A stretch of 64,000 nucleotides of DNA from Phycisphaerae bacterium. Its GTDB lineage: Bacteria > Planctomycetota > Phycisphaerae > UBA1845 > Fen-1342. The stretch is taken from NCBI GenBank assembly GCA_963675745.2, contig CAXXWX010000001.1:128001-192000 (forward strand), given 5' to 3'. A program made the translations under genes and the position numbers. Within the stretch, counting starts at the first letter, position 1. Each line of letters opens with the position of its first letter. Below the pieces are notes generated by a model that was not told the DNA's origin, did no database searches, and saw only the letters and a list, made by a program, of their open reading frames with translations. Below are positions 1 to 8,200 of this stretch, one piece after another.

Positions 1-967
1 CCGGGTCGATCGTCACGCCGCCGCCATTGCTGGAGGCGGTCAGGTCAACACTGTGACCGGCGATGGGGTTACCGGCGGCATTCAGCAGCGTCACGGTGAT
101 GACGTCGGTATCCACGCCATCGGCCACGGCGGTGCCGCTGGTAGCCACTACGGTTGATGTCCCGGCATCGACCTCGTTGGCAACGAACAAAACCGTCGCC
201 GTCGCGGTGATCGCCAGATCAGGGTTGGCGGTGATATCGCGCGCCTCAAACTCGGTGCCGGCGGGATCATGTTCGGCGGTTGATGAAACGCGGAACACCA
301 CCTGCCCGGCACCATCGGAAACATCGGATTCGGTAGCGATCGACACGCCGGTGCCATTTGCGATCGCGGTCAGACTCACGCGGTGCCCGACGACCGGCGC
401 AGCCACGCCGTCCAGCAGCGTTACGGTGATCAGCTCGGTGTCGGCACCGTCGACAATCGCGCTGCCATCGGCGGCAGTGACGGTCGAGTTCGCCGCGTCG
501 GTCTCGTTTTCGTGGAACTGAATCTCCACGCGCGTCGTGATTGTCTCGTCCGGGTTCTCGGTCGTGTCCTCGAACTCGAACTCCGTGGCGCTGGGGTCTT
601 CGTGCGCGGTGTTGGATACCACCTCGAAGATCACATACCCGTTGGCGTCCGATGTCAGGTCGTTTGCAACCGACGAGACACCGCCACCGTTGGCCGTCGC
701 CGTCAGGTGCACGACGTGTCCCGCGACCGGCAGCCCGCCGGCATCGAGCAGGCGCACGACGATGACGCCGCGGTCCGTGCCGTCGGCCAGCACGCTGTCA
801 TCGGCGGCGAAGACCTGTGACACGCTCCCGTCGGTTTGCGCAAAGGCACCGACCGGCAGTGCGGCCATCAGCAGCACGATTGCCAGCAGCTTTCCCGTGC
901 CGACCCCACGCGCTGTCAGAAACGCCCGAAGATTCTGGTTTGGGAGAACGCTCTTCCCGCTCTGCAT
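1..967 (-). CDS. Secreted adhesin with tandem Big-1 (invasin/intimin-type Ig-like) repeats; C-terminal part runs off the left edge
   Basis: Not in the ORF track (no stop in the window). Hand translation from ATG 967 (GGAGG 7 nt upstream): signal peptide ...LLAIVLLMAALPVGAFA-Q, then ~110-aa repeats VLADGTDRGVIVVRLLDAGGLPVAGHVVHL, NSTVTAADGSAIVDGADTELITVTLLDGVAAPVVGHRVSL, AVADGVDTDVITVTLLNAAGNPIAGHSVDL. Confidence 0.85.
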   Translation of the reverse strand, partial: MQSGKSVLPNQNLRAFLTARGVGTGKLLAIVLLMAALPVGAFAQTDGSVSQVFAADDSVLADGTDRGVIVVRLLDAGGLPVAGHVVHLTATANGGGVSSVANDLTSDANGYVIFEVVSNTAHEDPSATEFEFEDTTENPDETITTRVEIQFHENETDAANSTVTAADGSAIVDGADTELITVTLLDGVAAPVVGHRVSLTAIANGTGVSIATESDVSDGAGQVVFRVSSTAEHDPAGTEFEARDITANPDLAITATATVLFVANEVDAGTSTVVATSGTAVADGVDTDVITVTLLNAAGNPIAGHSVDLTASSNGGGVTIDP

Positions 968-1260
968 GACGAAACCTCCGAGTTGGAGCGTGATTTGTAA
1001 GCGACTCATGTCGTTCATACTCCGCACTGGCTGGAAAACCAGCGCGATGAACTACGCGGATACGAAACCACATCACCCGCCGCAATCCATTCACGGGCGC
1101 TACTGCCAGACGTCAGTCATCCATGCGACGCCTTATCTGATTGTCCAGTCGCCTTGTGCGGTCAGCGGCCAGCGGTGCCGCATGATCGCCAAGTGCCCGG
1201 CCCGTCACATTCTAGGCGCGCCACGGCGCCCGTTCGAGTCGTCTTTGCGTGCCGCGCTGA

Positions 1261-2382
1261 TTACGGTGTCGCACCAAGGCCCGCGGGCCCGACGGTGCGC
1301 CGCCCACCCGCTCCGGTTCCCGGGATGGCGAGCTGCTGCAATCCACGAAAGCCCAGACCGCGGCTGCCGGTCTGCTCCAGTACCGCGGCGGCGGCGTTAT
1401 TCAACTGGATCGCAGTGACACCCTCGCCGACGTTGCGAAGATTCTGCACGCTGAGCGAGGCCGGCGAGAGCAGCGGCACCTGGTTAGCGGCGTCAAACGG
1501 CTGGGTTTCCGCCGAGCCACCACGCGTGCTCGACCGCGATGACCGGGAAATCTGCTGCACAGTCTGGCGGATTTCCGGATTGAAGCGGTACTCACGCAAG
1601 CGCGCGACGACGTACTTCGCCCCGGCATACTGGTCCCAGGCGATGATCTTGCGGAACAACTTGGCTTCTATGTCACTGCGCGCGGCCTGAGCCGAGGCTA
1701 CGCCGAGCACGCGTCCGGGCGACTGGTCAAAGCCGGTGTCAGCCGACCACTGGTCGAGTGAACCAAGCGTCTGCTCACCGTCGCGCGAGATGGCCAGCAA
1801 CTTGCCGGATTCGAGTTCGACCGAATCGTCGCCGACCAGGATTTCCGTCGCGGTGCCATCGCTGGTTATGAATCCCAGATCGAGCGTATCCGGACCGCGC
1901 CGCACAAACGTCCGCCCGGGCGGCGCCGCGACTTCCACGATGTTCTCGGTGTCAGGCAAGTCGTCCATGGGGATCAGCAATGTGGTCCCTATTTCAAACT
2001 CGTCGACGCCGGCGGCCTCCAGCATCAGGCTGCCATCACGCAGCTCAATGGCCACGCCACCCGTCAGATCATCGAGCGTTACGGCCAGCTCGGCCGGCCC
2101 GACCAGCACGGCGACCACCCCGGTATCGGCGAACATCATCACACGCTGGCCGGCGCTGACGCGCAGCACACCCGGGAAGACGGTGCTGCCCAGCGAAAGA
2201 AACTGAGCCTCCGCCTCGTCGATCTCCAGCGTGACGGCTTCGCGGTCGGTGGTTGACGTCACGACGAAGAGCTCTTGCGCAAACGCCGGAGCCCCGGCAA
2301 CCGCACATAGCACGACCAACACCAGCGGCCATCGCCCCACCCGAACGCCGCCGACCGCACCTGATTTGCTCTCAGTATTCAT
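1261..2382 (-). CDS. Exported protein, possible FecR-like beta-rich N-terminal domain, low-complexity C-terminus
   Basis: Signal peptide ending APAFA-Q; beta-rich segment ...VAVLVGPAELAV...IELRDGSLML; its ATG overlaps the upstream TGA at 2382. Confidence 0.55.
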   Translation of the reverse strand: MNTESKSGAVGGVRVGRWPLVLVVLCAVAGAPAFAQELFVVTSTTDREAVTLEIDEAEAQFLSLGSTVFPGVLRVSAGQRVMMFADTGVVAVLVGPAELAVTLDDLTGGVAIELRDGSLMLEAAGVDEFEIGTTLLIPMDDLPDTENIVEVAAPPGRTFVRRGPDTLDLGFITSDGTATEILVGDDSVELESGKLLAISRDGEQTLGSLDQWSADTGFDQSPGRVLGVASAQAARSDIEAKLFRKIIAWDQYAGAKYVVARLREYRFNPEIRQTVQQISRSSRSSTRGGSAETQPFDAANQVPLLSPASLSVQNLRNVGEGVTAIQLNNAAAAVLEQTGSRGLGFRGLQQLAIPGTGAGGRRTVGPAGLGATP

Positions 2383-4403
2383 CAGAAGGCCACCTCAAGT
2401 CGCACGCCGTAGATCGCACGGTCGTACTCGTAAATATCTTCGCCCAGGCGGTTCCAGATGTTCGAGTCTTCGAGAATAACCTCGACTCCGGCGCGGAGCT
2501 TCATGGCGAGCGTGCGCCAATCTTCGCGCTCGCCGGCGTCGATAATCGTGTAGGTCAGGCCAAAGTCGTAGCGCTGCCCGAAATTGGAGCGCTCCTTGCG
2601 CTCGTAGTCGAAGATGCTGGCGCTGCTGTGGTCCTCCCAACTGAATTCGCCGTCAACTTCGAAGGCAAGCCGGTAGGGCAACGGAACCTCGACACCCCAC
2701 AGAATCGAGTGGCCGCGCAGGTCGAACTCCGTGCCGCGCGTGCGTTCGTCACGGTAGGCATACCCGATATAGACATTGAGCCACTCGTCGCCGAAGAGCT
2801 CACGTTCTTTTTCGTGCGTGTCGAAGTACGGTTGCATGTAGGGAAGATTCTGGGCCTGCACGATGAAGAACGTGTGCTGAGCACCGACCGCCTGGTACGT
2901 GCCGTCACGCTCCAGCCGAAAATCACTGATGGGCTCGAGGTAGTTGCGGTCGTCAAAGGTGTAGTAAAAGTCGGTGCGCCCCCGGTCGATCGCGACGCGG
3001 CTCTCATCCTCCATCCGCCAACTCCAGGAGATCACCGGCGTCAGTCGGTGGCTGGAGATGAACGGGTCGTGGCCGAGCATGGTGTAGGAATACTCGTACT
3101 GCAAGCCAACGTACAAGTCGCGCATCGGCTGCCAATTGGCATACGCGCGACCGGAATACCGGTTCACGTCGAACTCGGTGATGTTGGGCTGCCATACGTA
3201 TGAAGCGCTGCCGCCAAACCCCAGGGTGAGGCTTTCGCCGGGGATCGGCATTTCATCGCCCGTGAGGTAGCGGCTGATGTTGAAATCGGCCAGCGTATCG
3301 AAGCGGTAGTCTTCGGACTGCTTGATGCCGAGCGGCAACGCCGTGTCGTGGCCGAGCAGGATCACATTGGTGTCAAAGGCGTTGCCGATTTGCAGACGGC
3401 CTTCGAGTTCCCAGGGGCCGAGCGGCGCGGGCACTGGCAGCGTCATGCGGTCCTGCCCGCCTCGCTGCACTTCATCAAGCTTGTTCACGACGGCTTCGGC
3501 ATTGCGCGCCAGCAGTGTCCCTTCAGCGCGCTCGATCACTTCGAGGAACAATTGACGTGCCAACTGATTGTCGCGCTGCAAAATGCTCAACAGCGCGTTG
3601 TAGTAGGTAATGACGGTCTTGAAGTCCTCGAGCTCACCCGGCGTGATGCGGTTGGCCATGCTGTCCTGTTGGGCGAGTTCAGCAGCGCGCTCCAGATCCT
3701 GCACGGCCTGTTCAACGGCGCGGGCCGCTTCGGTGCGCATCCTCAGGCGACCGTATTCGTCGGCCAGGCGATAGTGGGCAACGCCGAGATAGAAGTAGCC
3801 GAAGCGATCTTGAGCACCGTCTTCGGTCTCGCTCACGTAGCGGGTGAGAGTCTCTTCAGCCCGTTGGGCAAGCTGGAAGGGCTCATCGTCCAGCGAGGCC
3901 GGCTGGTCCTTGGCGAGTTGAGCGATGCCGAGCAAAAGCGCGGCGCGCACCATCTCGGCGGTCGGGTCCACCTGCCCAACTACGTTTTCGAAGTGCTGCT
4001 GTGCGATCTCGAATTGTGCGCGCGCGGCGGCGGCCTCATCGAGCTGAGTCGCCAGGGCGGCGGCCTCCGCCGGTTCATCACCGGCGGCTTGCGCGCTTTG
4101 GGCCTCGCCGCCGGCGGCCTGGGCCGCGGTGGCATGATCAAGACCGCGATCAAGCGCGATCAGGCCCAGGTAGTAAGCGCATGCGACGGCCCGGGGGCCC
4201 TGCGGGTCGGACGCGAGCAGGCGGTCGAAGATCTCGGCGGCACTCTCGCGGTCTTCCGCCAGATAGGCGCGGATGGCACGGTTTAGATCGATGAGTTCAG
4301 TGCTGGGGGCCGCCGCGGGCTCCTCTTGTGCGGCCGCCGGCACCGCGACGTACGCCAGGCCCAGAAGCGACCACGCCGCTGCCATGGTGAATAGCGCTTT
4401 CAT
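2382..4403 (-). CDS. TPR-containing outer-membrane beta-barrel protein (Slam/DUF560-like architecture)
   Basis: Start reassigned to ATG 4403 (signal peptide ...VPAAA-Q); TPR helices (AYYLGLIAL, YFYLGVAHY); barrel begins LEGRLQIGNAFDTNV, alternating aromatic strands, C-terminal YGVRLEVAF beta-signal. Confidence 0.75.
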   Translation of the reverse strand: MKALFTMAAAWSLLGLAYVAVPAAAQEEPAAAPSTELIDLNRAIRAYLAEDRESAAEIFDRLLASDPQGPRAVACAYYLGLIALDRGLDHATAAQAAGGEAQSAQAAGDEPAEAAALATQLDEAAAARAQFEIAQQHFENVVGQVDPTAEMVRAALLLGIAQLAKDQPASLDDEPFQLAQRAEETLTRYVSETEDGAQDRFGYFYLGVAHYRLADEYGRLRMRTEAARAVEQAVQDLERAAELAQQDSMANRITPGELEDFKTVITYYNALLSILQRDNQLARQLFLEVIERAEGTLLARNAEAVVNKLDEVQRGGQDRMTLPVPAPLGPWELEGRLQIGNAFDTNVILLGHDTALPLGIKQSEDYRFDTLADFNISRYLTGDEMPIPGESLTLGFGGSASYVWQPNITEFDVNRYSGRAYANWQPMRDLYVGLQYEYSYTMLGHDPFISSHRLTPVISWSWRMEDESRVAIDRGRTDFYYTFDDRNYLEPISDFRLERDGTYQAVGAQHTFFIVQAQNLPYMQPYFDTHEKERELFGDEWLNVYIGYAYRDERTRGTEFDLRGHSILWGVEVPLPYRLAFEVDGEFSWEDHSSASIFDYERKERSNFGQRYDFGLTYTIIDAGEREDWRTLAMKLRAGVEVILEDSNIWNRLGEDIYEYDRAIYGVRLEVAF

Positions 4404-4514
4404 ATGCAACACCCCACGGGGTTGGCATAGGGCGGCACGTCCACCGACGCGCCAGCCCCCTTCCGACTCGCTTGACCCAGACCGCGCCCCACACACCTGA
4501 CGGCGACCGGTCTA

Positions 4515-4688
4515 CTAAGTCGTCGCCTGCGTCACAAGTGAGATGGTTTGACCGAGCATGTCGGCGGTTACGCGCGCAAACTCGGTGCGCAGGAAATCAA
4601 ACAACTGCTGCTGCGAGGCGCACCCCCCCAACGCCAAGCACACACCGCCGGGCACAAACCATCTGCTCATTTTCATGACAATGCGCAT
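4515..4688 (-). CDS. Small (57 aa) lipoprotein-like peptide
   Basis: MRIVMKMSRWFVPGGVCLALGGC + amphipathic helix ending QATT; GGAG RBS upstream of ATG 4688. Confidence 0.6.
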   Translation of the reverse strand: MRIVMKMSRWFVPGGVCLALGGCASQQQLFDFLRTEFARVTADMLGQTISLVTQATT

Positions 4689-4708
4689 ATTGAGCTCCAT
4701 CTCCCGCG

Positions 4709-4909
4709 TCAGGTCGTCATCCGGACCAGCGCGTTGTCCAGCAAAAAGAAGATCGTGTCCGAGATTACCGCGCCAATCTGCGGCAACAGCACCTGCTGCG
4801 CGATCACATTGTTCTGGTCGTTGAGCGCACAGGAGCCAGCCTGCAACAGCGCAGCTCCCCCACACACGCTCACGAGCCACTGCGCAAAACGCATCTTAGC
4901 GGTAGTCAT
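4709..4909 (-). CDS. Small (66 aa) lipoprotein-like peptide
   Basis: MTTAKMRFAQWLVSVCGGAALLQAGSC + helix ending RMTT; GAGGAG RBS. Confidence 0.65.
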   Translation of the reverse strand: MTTAKMRFAQWLVSVCGGAALLQAGSCALNDQNNVIAQQVLLPQIGAVISDTIFFLLDNALVRMTT

Positions 4910-4971
4910 GAGAAATCACTCCTCGGGCTCACCGTTCAGCAGTCCTCGTGTTATACGACAACAACGACGAT

Positions 4972-5026
4972 TTGACTTCGGCACGTAATATCGCGTAACG
5001 CTATTCGAGCGCCTCGGGTAAGTCAA
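4972..5026. promoter_or_regulatory. Candidate bidirectional sigma70-type promoter between the adhesin module and the T6SS
   Basis: Inverted TTGACTT (4972-4978) and AAGTCAA (5020-5026); minus strand TTGACT-N17-TAGCGT; plus strand TTGACT-N18-TAACGC (weak). Confidence 0.35.
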
Positions 5027-5244
5027 GTCCGAGACGCGGGTTAGTTGTCGGCGCGGCGCGCGCGCCGACCCGGCAAGGGGACACACTGTAACGCCGTCAC
5101 TTCGGCGCCATTTTCCGCGCTACCATTGTCGTGAGACACGGAAGCGTATAAGAAGCGCATCTGTCCTGCTTGTGAGTGCAGGCGGATATCCCCTCACGGT
5201 GCCGGGGCTGGCTGGCGCCCGCGAACACCCAGGCGACTTTGGTC

Positions 5245-8200
5245 ATGGCCGCCACGTTTCGACGTCTTTTTCTCAAACCACCGTCCGCGACCCCGGAGCA
5301 GCTCGGTGAGCTGCGCGACGGGCTGCAAGCCGCGGCGCATGCGCAGAATCGCCTGGCGGCCAAGTCACTGCACATCCTGCAATTCCAGGGAGCACTCCAG
5401 GAGGACGAGCACCACTTCTTCATCGAGCACGAGCCGGCTGAGCCACTCGTCCTGGGCGATATATTCGACCCGAAGGGCATGCGCATGGCCGGCGGGCAAC
5501 TCGTGCAGATCCTGGCGGCCCTGGCCGACGCGTTGTCCGCGGCCCACTCCGCCGGCAGCGCTCGTTCGACCGTACACGGCGGGCTGGCCCCCGGCGTGCT
5601 CGTGGCCGGCGAAGACGGAGTGGTCAAGGTCACGGACTTTGGGTTCGCCGTGGAAGCCTGCCGCGCGCTGGGTGTTGAAAGCTACCTCAACCTCGCGGTC
5701 AGCCCCTGCGAGACCTCGACCGGCGAATGGGATGTTGCCGACCCCGGCGCAACGCATCGCGACGACCGCATATGCGCGTTCATCGACCCTGACAAGCACG
5801 GGCAGGGCACGCTGAGCACATTTGAAGCCGGTTCGGACATAATCGCCGCCGGCATGCTGCTGTACGTTCTCGCCGAACATGTTCACCCCTACCTGCACTC
5901 CATACCCGGGGCCCAGCGCATCGTGGACATCTCGCGGATGTCGGCGTATGGGGTCCCACGCCCCGTGCAGCGGGAGGATCTGTGCTCGACGAAGAAGCCG
6001 GCGCTGCGCGCGTGGGTCTCGCTCGTCGAGGGCATGATCACGCGCGAGCCGGCCAAGCGTCCCTCGGCCCGGCAGGTTGCCGAAGAGATAGAGAAGCACG
6101 CCAAGGGTGTCGACAGCGAGAGCATCCAGGTTCAGCGCTGGCTCGCCCAGGTGGAGGCCATGTTCGGCGCGCGCCAGTGGGATGAGCTCGAGGCGCTGCT
6201 GCGAGATCGGCCGGCCCTGGACGACCAACCCGTAGAGGTACATGACCGGCTGACCACAATTGAGGATCAGTCCAAGCGTGAGCGGGCGGCTGATGAGCGC
6301 CGCGCGGCGGTCGAACGCGACCATCGCATGGCCAACTGGTGGTTCAAGAGCCTGGAGGAAGCCGTCAACTCGGATGAGTGGCACACGGCCTACCGACTGC
6401 TGGACGAACGCCCGCCCTTGACGCACTGGCCGGAGAGGATCGAGCAGCAAGTCGCGCCGCTGGCCAAGCGGATCAGACAGGTGCGTGCCGAGCATGAGCT
6501 GCACACCTGGCATGAATCCCTCCAGAACGCGCACGATGCGGAAGACTGGAAGACAGTGGCCACCCTGATCGGTAAGCGCCCGGCGCTGGAGCACTGGCCG
6601 CAGGACATTGCGGAGAACACCGCGCGCATCGAGGAGGCCTTCGAGGCACACCAGGCGGCCATGCGCGCCGAGCGCGAGCGCATTGCGGCCGACCACAAAG
6701 TGGCCCAGGAATGGCTTGGCCAAGCTCAGGCCCTGGCCGCCAAGGAAGAGTGGGTAAGTGCGATTGACAGTCTGGCCGAGCTGCCGCAGATCAAGCACTG
6801 GCCGGACGGCCTGCGCGAGCAGGTCGATGAGCTCGAGGATGAGTACCGCTCGCAGCTTGGCGAATCCGTCGTCGCCAATCTCGACGCCTTTACGGATAGT
6901 GTCGCGCGCCAGGCCGGTGAGATGGCGCGCGAACTCGTGCCGGATAGTTGTGGCGGCCTGCTCGCGCCTGACCGCGTGGAAACCAAGGTCGACTTCGTGA
7001 TGTGGGCGCCACCCGACACCGACGCACACGGGCGCGCGCGGGTGGTCGTGCGACTGACTCCGGAAACAGCCGGCGACAAGGCCGAACCGCTTCAGGGCCA
7101 ACTTGATTTTCGCCTGAAGGCTGTCGAGGTGCTGATCACAGGAGGCGAGGCCGAATTCCGCGCGCAGATCAGCCAGGGGCTGCCCGATCTGTTGTTTAAA
7201 CGCCAGCAGGCGGAGGTGGCGGCCCTGCAGGAGCGCCTGCGCGACAGCGTGTTTCCCAATCTCAGCGTCAGTGCTCAGCTCGACACGCCCGAGGAACAGC
7301 TCCGCGCGAAGATCGGCCTGCTGGGCAGCGACGCATCCACCGGCCAACTCGAGGTTGCCCTGCGCTGGGAGGCGGACAGCCTGACCTGGGTACCGGTCGA
7401 CGCGGCGGGTCTCGTGAGTCATGCGCTGGAAATCGCGCAGACAATCACCACGGCCGCGGTGCGCGAACGGCTCGTCACGAGTTGCGAGCCACTCGGGCCC
7501 TATCGCGACGCGCTGTTGCCGATTCTGGGTGCGGGCGCAGCCGAGAGCGGCGACAAGCTTCCCAAGACGCTGAAGTACACAGCCGAGGTCGTGATCCAGT
7601 CAGGGCCGCGCCGTCTGGCCTTGCCTTTAGCCGTCCTTGCTGTGGAGTGCACGGAGGTGGGTCGGGCGGATGTCAGCATCAACGCCGAGGAGATTTGTCG
7701 GCGGTTGGATGAGCTGCTGCTGGCGGCGCAGGAGAGCTATCGCGCCGGGTTGTTTGAACAGTCGCGGCAGTGGGGACACACCAGTACGGCCCGCGCGCGA
7801 GTTGCGGTCCAGCCCAAACGCATCACGGTCCCAACCGACGAGATCCGCTTTGATTTGCGCCCGCAGGGCGCCGACCCCGCCACAGTCACCGGGAAGTGGG
7901 ACACTGGGCGCTTCGCCTACGTTTTCTCGAACGAGGCCCAGCAGATCCTCACGAAGCTGCTGGGCGAAACGCCGGAGAACTTCGGGGATGTGCCGGTCTC
8001 ACTCGAGGCCGCCCAGAAGCGCGGCAAGAGCCGCGGCGGCTTGTTCGTTGGCGGAGCGGTCCTGGTGTTGGTGGCAGTGAGCGTGGTGGCGTACCTCGGC
8101 GTGTTCCGAACGCCAGCGCCGCCGCCGGCGCCGCCACCAGCACCAGTGGCGCCGCCGGACCCGATGAACTCGACCGTCACCACCGCGGACGGCATGGCGG

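Noticed and set aside
1200..1260. c-di-GMP-I riboswitch upstream of the adhesin (CACGCAAAG on the minus strand, 1243-1251)
   Set aside because: The upstream GGCAAAC...GAAA stem and the downstream P2 features are missing
5365..7422. 685-aa antisense ORF and similar long shadow ORFs (e.g. 18175-19374, 29838-30980, 44022-45326, 48502-49680)
   Set aside because: They lie opposite well-supported genes, show no motifs, and are expected from high-GC codon bias
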